Assembly (NCBI GenBank): GCA_013239625.1
Contig: MU054391.1
Span: 2,137,130-2,201,129 of the forward strand
Source of the DNA: Lama guanicoe
Taxonomy: Eukaryota
Direction: 5' to 3'
Length of the DNA: 64,000 nucleotides
Shown one piece after another: positions 12,795 through 24,589 of the stretch. The notes beneath the pieces are model-generated. The model was not told the origin of the DNA, searched no databases, and saw only the letters and a list, made by a program, of their open reading frames with translations. A program made the translations under genes and the position numbers. How positions within the stretch are numbered: position 1 is the first letter of the stretch; each line of letters starts with the position of its first letter.

Positions 12795-12912
12795 ACTTAC
12801 TTATTTATATCACTAGGGACTTGGATTTTCCTGTTTTGTCCAGTGGGTTATAATCCATTAACACCAGTTGTATCTTGATGCCCAAATAGTCCCAGGTACT
12901 GCCAGTGGGAGT
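12795..12912 (-). mobile_element. L1MC4/L1MC5-like 3' fragment
   Basis: ttatttatatcactagggacttggatttt..gtgggttataatccattaa..tgatgcccaaatagtcccag..gccagtgggag. Confidence 0.65.
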
Positions 12913-15019
12913 GGATCAGTGGCCCGACGGAGCAGAGGGCTCAGGGGAGCTAGCCGGGGTTCGATCAAGGAGACGGTGTTTGTCACTGGAGTACCCGTTT
13001 CTTCAGCTGTTCAGACTGGACCCCTCAGCTGGTCTCATGGGGCACCAATGAGAAATGACCCACTTGGCATGCTCCGAGGACCCCAGCCCTGTCGGCACAG
13101 ACTGAACTGGGATTCGGGGTCCGCGTGCCGTGCTGTGAGTTCACATATGCGTCTTCCACATGGTTGGAAGTACGTTTACGGAACTGAGGTCTACAACCGC
13201 GGGCTGTGAAGCCGTCACCCACCCTCCGCCCTTGTCCTAGGCCGCCTCCAGGTTTCTCTCCTGGTTCTTCTAGCTGTGCTGGTTGGTGACAGGCTGCTCT
13301 CCCACGCTTAGACAGGTGGCTTTTCACTCTGTTAGAATCTGAGTCATCCACTCGAGCAGATCAACAAAGAGAATGGACCGGTAAGCACTCTGGGAAGCTG
13401 CCCAACTTCCCACATGAGGCCCTTCTGAAAAAGCCCCTCTCTCATCCTGTTCTCCTGCAGCACCAAGAGTGGCGCCCCCACCCTCTGTGACGGGGTCCTC
13501 TGCAGCTTTTGGTGGTCACCCAGGGCTTCGCAGGGGCCTGTTCAGTGGTGTCCACCATTGGGTGGCTCGGCAGTCCTCATCCAGGAGCATCCCAGTGGTT
13601 TGAACTGGGATGGTTCCCTTGGAACCATTAAAATGCTCTTTGAGGATACCCTTGTCTGTGATGCACTGGGTTTTTTTGGTTACTCATGGCAGCTTATTTT
13701 TTTAATTAGTATTGCACAGCAAGCTACAGAGAAAAATGGAAGCATCACTAACATTTATGCATTCAGAAATCCTACCCGGACGAGCGGGTCACTCCACGAC
13801 CCCAGGTAATGCATTAGCTTATTGCCCCTTTTATTCTGCTTTTAAAACGATCATTTCCGGCCACTTTTCCTGAGCATTAATCAGTCATCATCTTCACTCA
13901 TTTCGTATCATTCATGGTGATGACGCTATTAAGAAGGTGACAGAGAATTTTGGAAAGTAGAATTTGACTCGAAAATCTCTTGGGATTTTCCTGTAACTTC
14001 TTATGTGATGTGGTCTCTGACCTCTGTACCTCCCGCCGCCCTGGCAGCCCCTGGCCCACCTCGGCGTTAGCTCTGCAACTCCGCCCCCACCCCCCAGCTC
14101 TGATGGCTTCCTCAGCGGCTCTGACAGGAGGCATTACCAACACGCCCTTTTGTTAAATATGTTCATGATAATATTAAGACCACTGTTTTGAAGGCAATCC
14201 TCACGTAGTCCAGCCTAGTCAAAGGGAAGCTGGAAATCTGTGCAGTCAGTTTCTGTCCCTTCTCCACGGTCTCGTGGTTAACTCCACACCCTTCTCACAC
14301 AATGGAAGTGGGACTCCTTCAGGCCTGTGTCTACTGGCTCTCAGGAAGGATGACTAGACTATTTCTTAAAAGGTGGATCCCAGCACAAAGGAGGGAAGGT
14401 GAACGCCCCCTGAGGAACCTTCCCCTTCCTAAGGATGGACTTAAGTCTGGGCCGAAATTAATCAATAAAGAGATCAGGTGTCTATTATGTAAAGCATCCT
14501 GTGCTGTGTACAAATCATAGATGTGCTGCCAAGCGGGGCTCTGTGTTCAGAGAGAGCTGGTTAGCCGCTCCCACGCTGAAAAAACTGAGGCTATTAATTA
14601 GAAATATAAATCCTGCAAAAACACTGTCAGACAGACGTCAGAATCAAGAGGAACAGAGAAGAGGGCTTGTCTGTGAACTCAAAAGGGTGTGGCTAAACAA
14701 ATAGAATCAGACTTTTCACACAGAAGGACCTCAGTGGAAGACTGGCTCAACCACTTCCACTACGTACTAGTTTAAAATGTCTAGTATTTACTTCTTTCTC
14801 TATAAAGGGGGGTGCGTAGCTGCCTTGCAGTTTGATACGAGAGCCACCAGACAGCGTTACACACACACACACAGTTTATCCTGTTGTGGCGCTCTGCAAA
14901 CTCCAGTCTTGTCTTTGAAAATTATGAACAATATTTTTAAATGACTATTTCTTCCTTTGTCCAGCAGGCATTTCTTGAACCCCTAGAGCACTTGACTGGC
15001 TGCTTTGGTACAGAGCACC

Positions 15020-15690
15020 ACGTGCTGGGGCGTCCGAGAGGTGAGGGGAGCACCGTGTGTGTAGAGCGTTAAACTGGGTCTCCGTGGCTGCCAGAATTCC
15101 TGACGTTGTCTGTGTCTGCCGGAAATCCCGATGTCGTGGTCCGGGGGGTCACGACACCACCACCTGGACACTCACTGGGTTCCGGAGCAGACACCTAACA
15201 CGGCCCGGCACCGCCTCCCTGCGCGCAGAGGATGCCCGGGCGCGCCCTTCGGAGCTCCTCGGTGCTCAGGCGCAGCTCCTCGCTGCAGCGGGAGGCCCGT
15301 CAGGACGGCCTCTCCACCCGCCCCTTGCTAAGCTGTTTCCCGTCTCTGGCGACCCCCATCTCCCTGCAGTTTATCCGATGAAACAGAAGGGACTGGTGTT
15401 CCCCACTGGACACTCCTTCCCTCAGGCCCGCGGGATTTATCCCCTCACCCTCTTCGGGCCCTCACGTAGAAGCCACCTCCTCCGGCAATGCCCTGGTTGC
15501 CGTGACGAAGTCGCGGGCCCTGCGGGGCCACCCCCACCCCGCGCTGCTCTCCCGCAGCGCCCCCTTCCCGTGGGACTCTGGGCGGCGCCCGTCCTCTGGT
15601 TGCCTCTCACGACTGCTCCTCGGCAGAGTGCCAGCTCCGGGCGGCCGGGGGCCCAGGCCCAGAGGAGTGTCTCCTGCACGAGAGAGGCAC
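15020..15690. other. Secondary CpG-rich segment
   Basis: High GC with dense CpG (cccggggcgcgccc, gtcgcgggccctgcgggg, gggcggccgggg). Confidence 0.6.
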
Positions 15691-16242
15691 CTTTAAACAG
15701 GTACGAAAGCAAAGAAATAACCCTACATGCCCAACTTGGAGACGGAGAAAGCGGTGCCCTTATTACCCAGTGCCCCCCCCCCGCTCCCACAACGAGGGGA
15801 AACAGACCCTTTGGTTCTAGGCTTGTTGCTTCCCAAATCCACGCACACGAGTCATTACAGTCTCTGTACAATTCGAGGCAAATGGTAGAAACGATGTTTT
15901 ATTAATTAATGAGTGGAGGGTGAAAACCTGAGTCAGTGGAAAACTGAGAGTCTGACAGAATAACCACTCAGCTCATCAGAGGTGGGGAGACGCGGCCACC
16001 TGCATGGTGACCACCTGCGCGGGCGCCTGGATGTCCTGCGCTGCGCAGCTTACGTGAAGATTATTGACGATCAGGCCAAACCAAGAAACGGCCCCTGGCA
16101 CCAAAATGCTAATGTACCCGTGGTGTTCAAACGTCTAAACCAGGAGAGAAAAAGAGAGAGATGTGTGACGTTTAATGCGTCCTACCGTCTTGTCTTCATC
16201 TTTTTTTCTCTTTTCTTACATCTCCCTCCTTCCGTCTTAATC

Positions 16243-16295
16243 ACAGATTTATTAAATGTCTTCCCTGCACCAGGCACAGTGCTAGGCACTTAGGT
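16243..16295 (-). mobile_element. L2 3' end remnant
   Basis: attttattaaatgtcttccctgcaccaggcacagtgctaggcact resembles the L2 terminus. Confidence 0.55.
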
Positions 16296-17312
16296 CCCAG
16301 CAACTGAAAGTAACACTCCCACCAAAAAGTGGAGAAAGGCTTGCAATTCAGAAAGAGAAAGAAACGAATATGAAATACATGTATAACGCTTATATACATA
16401 AAATATCATGCCCGTGCAAAATAAAAATGCTAAATTAGGTACAATAGATTACTCAGGGAATTAATCATGCTTCACTTTTTCAATACTTAACTAACCACAT
16501 CTATAAAACGTATACAGTGTAAAGCAGGAGAGAGGTTGCTACGTTCACTGTCCAAAGGTCCACGTGTCAAGCAAGACGTTGGTAACAGACCCAGGAGGGC
16601 CTCTGAGAATGCACCCTCTCAGCTGTTTGAGTAGAAGCCAGGTGCCTAAAGGCAGGGTAATCCTTGGTTTGCCTACAGAAAGTAAACAGACTGTCATGTG
16701 GGCAAATCAAATCTGACCCCACCTGAAATATTCCGTGGCTCTCACAGCGTTTCTTAGCACTTCAGGATCCACGAACCTGAGGCCACAAAGTTTGCGGCTT
16801 TATGACTTTTGGGGAGCACGCGGCTGTTCCTGTTTGAGACAGAGCAAACCACAGGTACCCGGAACAGCACCGCCGCAGGACCACTCAGGAGCCGCACAGG
16901 TAGGGCCTGCGAAACGCTCCATCTGCCTTTCTAAGCATACTTTGCTTCACATTTGGTGCACTCTAGGATTTGGGCAAAGAACAGGCATTTCATTGCAACT
17001 AAGAAGAGGCAGCTATTGCAAGACAGAAGTCCAAGGATCCAAAAGAGTCAACTCTATGAAAAAGTTCACCTAGGAATCCTCTCCCGTGTCTTCCCGTGTG
17101 TAACTGCTTGACGCTTGACGTGCACACAGGGCACTCTGACAAGCTGGGCTCTGAGAGTGCTGTGTGCCCTGAAATGGACTGAAGACCTGAGCAACGTCTC
17201 CATGTCAAGGGGAAGAGCTGAGGGGTTAACATTGAATGTCACCTCCTCCATGGTAACTAGAGTCTTTGCTGTGTATTTAATTTTCACGGCAGCATAGTCC
17301 TGTAGGTTTTAT

Positions 17313-17390
17313 GATCTCCATTTACAGATGAAGAAAATGAGGTTTCTGAAGGTTAAAATACTTTTGGAAAGATCACATCACTTGTAACAT
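17313..17390 (-). mobile_element. MIR core
   Basis: ctccatttacagatgaagaaaatgagg...aaggttaa...aagatcaca. Confidence 0.65.
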
Positions 17391-18003
17391 TTGCAGTATG
17401 TGACAGTGCTTTCATCGAAGCCCCTGGAAGGACCCTACCCAAGCTCACACCCCATCCCCAACACTTACAGTGTACATTTACAGCAGGAACTTGACGCCTT
17501 AACATGACCATGTGGGTGAGGCGTTTAACAAAAGTAAAAGTCTGAGCTGCGAGCAACAGTGTTTATCATCTATGGACAATGGGTAGTTCAATTTCTATCC
17601 ACATCTAATTCTAGATTTTGACTCCCTTTCACAATCCCTGTCCTGCGGAGGACAGTTGCTCAGCCTCTAGACGTCAGCTGCCCCCAGGGAAGCTTTGGTT
17701 TGGACCCGTTTTAACATCTGCCTAGAATCTGAGTTTTTGGTGGCGACAGCTTTGCCAGCGCATTTTATCTGAAATTCCATAAAAGAGCAGTCCGTCTACT
17801 CATACAGCGTGTGCTTCTAACTACGTTTTTACAGAGGACGTTGTGTGCTGCAGTTTTTGCTAAATGATCTGATAGCCAATGACTTAATATGCTCCCAGGC
17901 TTCCAGTTTACAGTCTGGATGTTTAAAACTGTATATGGTAAATAGGTAATTAATATGAATGATAGCAATGAAGCAACTAAAGGGACCAGCAACTCCTGGA
18001 ATT

Positions 18004-18005
<2 letters not shown>

Positions 18006-18049
<44 letters not shown>

Positions 18050-18065
18050 CAACAACAATAATAAT
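18006..18065. repeat. Compound (AAT)n(AAC)n microsatellite
   Basis: Direct reading; it explains the poly-N and poly-L ORFs. Confidence 0.95.
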
Positions 18066-18654
18066 AGTATATTTATAGAAATATCATTATGTTGCTTTAA
18101 TATAAAAAAAGTCAAGAAACAGCCCAAAATATTCAATTAGTATTTACATTCTAAGGTGAGAGGTTCATTTTCATTATATCATTTCTTGCATGTATTTTGA
18201 CATAATTTCTGTTTTAGTATGTGAAATTCAATAGAATATAGGATTTGTATAAATGGCTAAGCCCAAATGAATCTCAAATGAAATATGTTGGATTATATTA
18301 ATTGTAACAGAATTCCATTATCAAAACAGTGTTACAAGCTGAAGCCATGAAAGAAAATTTTGAATGGTGACAACTCAGTTGAACGAGTAGTAGAGAAGTT
18401 ATATTTGCTGTTTCTATTCCTCCACACGTGAATTCTGCTTATTAACACACTGCTCAGCCATGTTTTCATTATCATTTGGCAAGATTATTTACATACAAAC
18501 ATATTTCAGGTAATGAAAATTTCAGCATTTAAAAAATGTTTAACAGCTTTTAATGAAAATAATTCCAAAGTTCGTTACACGTGTTTCTTTGTTTTTAAAG
18601 GTTGCTGTGATGAGTCAACATCACCGTTTTTAAACAGGGGCAATTGCAGGGCCA

Positions 18655-18948
18655 CCATCATCTGTTGTCGATGGACATTTAGATTGTTTCCATGTCTTGG
18701 CTATTGTCAGTAGTGCTGCTGTGCACACTGGGGTGCACATATCTTTTCAAATTAGAGTTCCCTCTGGATATGTGCCCAGGAGCGGGATTCCTGGGTCACA
18801 CGGTAAGTCTATTCCTAGTCTTTTGAGGACCCTCCATACTGTTTTCCACAGTGGCTGCACCAAACTGCATTCCCACCAGCAGTGTAGGAGGGTTCCCTTT
18901 TTCCACAGCCTCTCCAGCATTTATCGTTTGTGGACTTTTTTTTTTTTT
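18655..18948 (-). mobile_element. Young L1 ORF2 C-terminal (CCHC zinc-knuckle) fragment
   Basis: The minus strand reads [52 protein letters not shown] with one frameshift. Confidence 0.92.
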
Positions 18949-19224
18949 GATCTTGTCATTTTTAATGCTGAGATATCCAAATGTCAATTCCTTTTACCCA
19001 CTAGCTAAGTTTCTGTTGCCTCCGTTTGTGCATAAGATAAAGTACAGAGACTAAAACAGGCCTTCGAAACTTCACCGCATTTCAGATTCTTCTCCGGCCA
19101 CCCTGCCCCTTCCCCACAAGGCAAACATCCTCCAGCAGATGCATTGCACTTCTTGCGGTCCCTGGAAAATTCCAGGACTTTCTGCACCATGCCTTTCAAC
19201 ATGCAAACCCCTATGACATCTTTC

Positions 19225-19500
19225 CTCCCTTCCCCCAATGGAAAAGTCCATTCATCTTTCAAAGCCCAGCTCAGATGCCGCCTACCTGTGAAGACCTTCG
19301 TGGCTCCTCGTGGGGGCAGTAATCCCTTCCTCCTCAGGGCCCGGCCGCGGGCTTTGCGCGGCCGCGTTACAGCGCTTAGCGCGGTGCAGCACGGACAGAG
19401 AGCTCTGCCCGAGCAGAGACGGCTATCCCCTTCCGCGTCTGCAGCAGGTGCACAGTTCCTGGCACGCGGGCGGCGCTTGCTCCCTGCACGTTGGTTATGG
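19225..19500 (+). mobile_element. L2 3' region, GC/CpG-shifted, forming the left shore of the CpG island
   Basis: catctttcaaagcccagctcagatgccgcctacctgtgaagaccttc and gacagagagctc..gcacagttcctggcacgcgggcggcgct follow the L2 3' consensus order. Confidence 0.55.
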
Positions 19501-20330
19501 GGTGAGGGACGCATCCCTGCAAGGTCCGCGGCCAAGAGAAAAAAGCTTCCTCCTCCACGCTGTCCTCCGCGAAGCCGCGTCTCCTGCGGCGCTGGAGGCG
19601 GCCCTGGGCGGGGCGGGGACCCGGCCAGCCGTCCTAAGAGACCCTCCGCGCGGCCCAGCCGAGCGGCGTGTGCGAGCCACGAGGGCAGTAATGACGCGCA
19701 GTCACGCGCTCCGGCTCCGGCGGGCGTCGGGTCGCGTGCCGAGACGAACGGCAGCACCAGAAGCGGCAGCCCCGGGTTATCGCCGGACCGGGCGGCCCAC
19801 CTTGCTCTCCCGGGTCTAGCTTGTGGACCACACGCTTCTTTTCTCAGCTTCAGCCGTTCCGGTCCCCAGAAAAAAACCCCTTCCCCTCTCCCTGCCGTTG
19901 CCCGGCGCACGCTTGCTGACGGCAGTCGGAGCGCAGTTACTGCGGTGGCCGTTCCGAGAGTGTCAGGAAGGCGCGAGTCTGCGCAAATTCCAAACCTTGG
20001 TCAGAGCGTCCCCTCGAGTAAACACAGGAGGGAAACCAAGCGGCGTTGTGTGCTCGCGGACCGGCGTCAGTTCCCGCCCACAAGCGCTCGCTGTGTCAGG
20101 AGGGCGTCTCTCAGTGACCCAGGCAACACGTGTCCAGCCGGAGGCCCCGCGGCCCGCACTCGTGGAGCGCGGCGGGGGCGTCGGGCCCCGCAGCGGCCTG
20201 CGGTCTGCGGGGCGAGGCGCGAGCCCGCGGCCCCGCGAGCTCTCGTGCGTCAGACACGCCGCTGGGAGCAGCGTCCAGGCTCAGGAGCTAAGTCCACCCG
20301 GAAGCCTGGCAAAACACGCATTTCATACTC
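19330..20330. promoter_or_regulatory. CpG island promoter with CRE half-sites, GC boxes, X-box and forkhead motif
   Basis: About 1 kb of very high GC/CpG. TGACG/CGTCA at 19692, 19917, 20065, 20248 (and 20555), GGGCGGGGCGGGG near 19606, GTAAACA at 20018, GTGACCCAGGCAAC at 20114-20127. Confidence 0.85.
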
Positions 20331-20400
20331 ACTCTTGCCTTTTTCGGCCCTTTTTGCAAGACAGCCAACGCTCAGCTCGCGGCCCTTCCCACTGTTTCTC
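19801..20400 (-). ncRNA. LINC00473: Putative first exon of a LINC00473-like lncRNA / distal PDE10A-locus transcript (5' end uncertain)
   Basis: Donor GGAGAGCAAG|gtgggc at 19801/19800. Positions 19850-19830 encode KLRKEAC, matching my recollection of the human C6orf176 putative peptide end just before its exon-1 donor. The CRE-rich CpG promoter fits the known CREB/CRTC regulation. Not database-verified. Confidence 0.55.
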
Positions 20401-20519
20401 TTCCCTGTGACCCCAGTGAAGTTGCTGCACCAGGGCTCCCCTACATCACATCACATCACGTGAATAATTACTCACAGTGAGCTCTTACATCCCATTACAG
20501 AGCCAACTACACGTTTTGT

Positions 20520-20730
20520 AATAATAATCGTAATTATAACAACAGAAACAGCAATGACGCTAGCCGGCATTGATTCAGTGCCTTCCAGTTTTACTGAGTG
20601 TTTCACACACAAAGTCTCATACGGCTTTCAGAATAAAATTGCAGAGTTCTTTTTTCTCTCTTCCCCATTTTTAAAGTAAAGAGACTCAGACTTTTAAGAA
20701 CTTAATTTCTGAGGGGTCACCGCGGTCCTA
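20520..20730 (-). mobile_element. MIR remnant
   Basis: aataata..cattgattcagtgcc..ccccattttt..agagactcaga..ggtcaccgcgg. Confidence 0.5.
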
Positions 20731-22134
20731 CGGCAGGAGCAGACCCTGAAAGTCTCTCCTGGCTGTCCATCTCATGGTCTTTCTGCAGCTCACGGACAAA
20801 GAGAGGCACACTGAGGTCGCTGACAGTCAAGTACCCTGCAGGTGGCACAAGGCTTGTCTGAGAGAAGGAAGCTCCGGCAGGAAGGTCCATCTCGCAGCGC
20901 TTTAAGCCCTGCATGGGACTCGTGCAGAATCCCAGGCCTGTGGTTATGTTTTTTACCTCCCAATAAACCCCTGCGTTTCCTGTGATCCAGTCCTTCCGCA
21001 GACCGTCTGGAGGCTGAGTGATCAGGCAAAGTAACCCTGCGTCTTTCTCAGTGAGCCAGCTTCCCAGGCAACTGTGACCAGAAGCCAGGCAGACAGGCCT
21101 CCCGATGTATTCGGGGGGGAAATCACCTTCTTCGAGGACATTATCTGCCTAATTAGCTGAATCACGAGGTCAGTATTCTGAATTTATGGTTCAGGAGAGA
21201 AACTCACTTTTCAGTTCTGGCAATGTCCAAATTGAGAGGAGCGAAGGCAGCTGGAACTGGGCGTTTAACCAAGACCAGCCTGGACAAAGCACCCAGCCTC
21301 CCTGTGGTCAAGCTGCAGGGGTCCTGTCTGCTCAGAGGCACTGTCTGTCTTCCCAGGGTGCTAGGCACCGTGGTTTGGCCTCAGATTTTGACACCTTCAA
21401 AGTGTGTGACCCTGAACAAGGACCCTGGCCACAATAAGACTCACTTTTCTAATCTGTAAGGTGGGCCACATGCCCATGACCCAGAGCAGTCATTCCACAG
21501 CACACCCCCTCTCCCGCTGGCTTCTTCCTGGGGGCCTCGTGAGTGAGGAACCAGCTCGTAAGCTCTCCCTTCCAGGTGACACGTTTGGGTGAGTCAGGTG
21601 ACTCTTGGAGGCACAATGTTCTTGCTAAACAGTCTGCTGGAAATTTCAAGTCCAAACAAAGAGATTGGATGTCCCCACCCGCAGTGTCATGCGTGTCATG
21701 CGTGTCCCGCTCGACTTCCAGGAACCTCCACCACCACAACCCGGATTACGGACTTGGGGAGAGGAAGAGAAAGCACTGTGTGCCTGCGGCACCTGTGTTG
21801 TGGGGAGGCGGTGTGCAAAGCCGCGGAAGGGCAGCAGCGGGCCGTTCTGGAGGCTGGCCCCAGCCCCCGGCAGGCTACACGGCGAACAGCGTGGGGTCTC
21901 CCCCCGGCCCTGCAGAATGCTCTGTCCTCCAAACCCCTGCTGGGCTGTCAGGCACCCTTATCTTCGTTAACGCCTGTGAGGACCACTGTTGATGGAAATG
22001 GGAAATGTTTTAAATGGTGGTATAACAGTTGGAAACTAAGGGATGAAAATGGCTATTGACCAAGTCATTCCACAACCGGATTATGAGGCAAACTTGCCTG
22101 ACACACCATGTTTCTTAAGTTTGGAAGTGATGGA

Positions 22135-22400
22135 GGAAAGTGGCCACGTGGCTAAAGTAACTGGCTTTGTGGTTCTACTGTTCAGTGTCCAGACCTCAGA
22201 CCCACCTGAGCAGTGGCGTGTTGTGGGTGACTCGCCTATGAGAGTGTGGCAGGACCATAATTTCCTCACCTGCAAAACCGAAGTAGTAGCAGTTACGGAT
22301 CGTTGTGAAGACTGAGGGGTGTAGTGCATGGAAAACGTGAAGGCTCTGCCTGCCATGTAGTGACGGGTCAGTGTATGTTTGGTGGCAGTATTATTTTTAT
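22135..22400 (+). mobile_element. Near full-length MIR
   Basis: gtggctaaag..ggcttt..tttcctcacctgcaaaac..gttgtgaagactgag..gcatggaaaac..tgcctgccatgtagtga..tattatt. Confidence 0.7.
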
Positions 22401-23141
22401 TAATATTAGACTTAGAAATGCAAGGTATATCAATCTCTGTATCCATCCCAAATCCTATTCATCACTGGAAAATTGTGGGTTTTCTTGTTACAAATGACAC
22501 AACAAAGTGGCTAATTTTATTGAATTTTTTTCTGGAGTTTTTTTTTTTCCCTTCTATTTTATTAATGTATTTTTACTGTATATTCTTCAAGGTACATTGT
22601 ACTTCAGGATTAAAATAGATGTAAAATTATTTTGAAATGTTAAAATCTGCTTAACGGAGAAAGCCGCTTGCCGTTCAACCAGTTACCCCGGGATTTAGTG
22701 CTGCTTTGATTCACGAGGCATCTGTGGCTGCGGCTTCTGCTGGCATCTTGCTCTGCTTGTTGGTGGAGGTGATTTACCGTGCACGGCAGAGTTAATAGAA
22801 TTTCCATCCTGTTGCAGGATTTGGGGAGTAAAATATACCAGAGTCCCAAACTAAAGGAGAATTCTCCACTAACAATTTACGGGGAAACATTACAACATCT
22901 GGGAATGACTGATGTCTACGCAGCAAACTTCTACAAGTTGCAGCCGAAAGAGCAGCACATGGCTTCTAAAAATCTAATCTCTGTCTGTAATTCATATCCT
23001 CCATGAAACAGGCAAAAATATAGCTCAGCGTAACCTTCATAGCTCAAAAAACCCTCTATCAAACTATCTAGCTGCACCTCTCCGACTGAAGTCACGGATT
23101 CTCAAACACCCCAGCCAACTGATATTTCCCAGCGCGGGAGA

Positions 23142-23374
23142 ACATCTGATTCCACTTTCACCCATCAGTGGAGCTCTAATTACTTTGATTTAATGACTGT
23201 GGGATTTTATTTTTTACTGTTTGGACAGATTCCTCACTAATACTTAACAGGCAAGAAACATTAAAATCCTGTTTGGTTTGACAGGAGCAGAGTTCAATGT
23301 CAGCTGGACTGAATTTATTTACCCGAGTTCTATTTTGTCAAAAATATCTTCCGTGTTTTCTTTAACCAGATTTG
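23142..23374 (+). repeat. Ancient conserved interspersed element, MER121-like (copy 2)
   Basis: acatctgattccactttcaccc..gctctaattactttgatttaatgactgtgggattttattttttactg..gacagattcctcactaatac is a paralog of 9264-9495. Confidence 0.65.
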
Positions 23375-24164
23375 TTTAGGAAACAAACTATATAATATGC
23401 AGGAGATCCAGATACATTTCTGATTCAATCACCGCATCGATATTTTGCGCACCACCCAGTTCAGGGTAAACGTTTTCCATTAGACTTGCACCGTAAACAG
23501 AGAGGGCAGTTCAAAGCGAACCACACATCAGTCAATGTCTGTTTCTATTTGGGTAAAGTTATAGCAAGGAGAAGCACACGATCGGCCGCCAGGATGTATA
23601 TTTTTACCTAACGCATCTCTTCCAGGAACATTTTTCTGATTTTTCTTGGATCCCTGTCTGCGCGCTCTCTCAGCTTTCTCTACTTCGAGCATAGCATCTG
23701 CTTAGGAAACTGGAATTATTTGTGCATGTTACAGACTGAGAGCTTGTCGAGGTCAGTGTGTTCATCACGTAGCAGAGTGTCTGGCCCATGGGAGGCAACT
23801 GGAACTATTTTTGAATTGCATTTTATTTACCTCTGTGCTTGATATGTGCATATACCAGGATGAAAGATAACCTCTGCATTGTAAAATATTGTGAAGTAAA
23901 TATCATTTTATTATCTATAAAAATGTGTAGTAACACACTCATTGGCATGGTTGGCAATGGAAGATGGATGTTTTTCTTAATGACTGTGAGTTATTTGCAG
24001 CTATTTTGATTTCCAAGGTTAGGAACGAATGAACAGACAGGATCCAGTTTGTATAAGATAGCACAATTTCATTTGCAAATAAGACAACCAACTCTAGCTT
24101 TTTTTTAAGGGAGAATGTATTTACTCACTCACATAGCTGAGAGGAATGCTAAAAGTGGCAGAGG

Positions 24165-24540
24165 ATATTGTTGCCTACCCATAAGTTATCGCTGCTCATC
24201 TAACTTGATCACTGAAAAAATTCCCAATATAGCTGAGGGGCCTTTGGTGTCGTGGGGATACGTTCACAGTCTCTGTTTGAAGGGCATGTAACCTCAGTTC
24301 TGATTAATGACTTATAAAATTAAGTCTATTGGTTTAATTCTGGGGAAGAATTTCCTGTTGATCACATAGGGCAGGTGAGGAGAAATGCCTTTGATTGCAG
24401 TTCTTTAAGGATGTGATGCCTGGAGCTGTGGCAGCCATTTAGTGACCAAGAGAAAAGGACTAGGTACCCTGAAATCATTACACTATGGATTAACCCTAGA
24501 ACAGCCAATCTCAAGCACTCGTGATCTATAGGAAAGACCG
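24165..24540 (+). mobile_element. Old MaLR LTR (MLT1I/J/K-like)
   Basis: gatgtgatgcctggagctgtggcagccatttagtgacca is a hallmark old-MLT1 motif. Confidence 0.6.
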
Positions 24541-24589
24541 GATACTAGCTATTTGGGATCTCTAATGATATGTTAATTCCTGACCTTGG

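Noticed and set aside
15057..15905. 282-aa ORF
   Set aside because: GTG start, low-complexity GC-driven ORF, no homology recognised.
17765..18140. Poly-Leu 'signal peptide' and poly-Asn ORFs
   Set aside because: These are translations of the (AAT)n/(AAC)n microsatellite.
19005..19910. 301-aa minus-strand ORF as a CDS
   Set aside because: It starts at GTG and runs through the splice donor into intron/L2 sequence. Only the short KLRKEAC match is informative.
19144..20463. 439-aa plus-strand ORF across the CpG island
   Set aside because: It starts at TTG, is Arg/Ala/Pro/Gly-biased, begins in an L2 remnant and has no recognisable domain. Stop-codon scarcity in GC-rich DNA explains it.
22800..23006. 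Plus-strand acceptor (ttccatcctgttgcag) and short ORF as an exon of a divergent lncRNA
   Set aside because: Single motif with no matching donor or other support.
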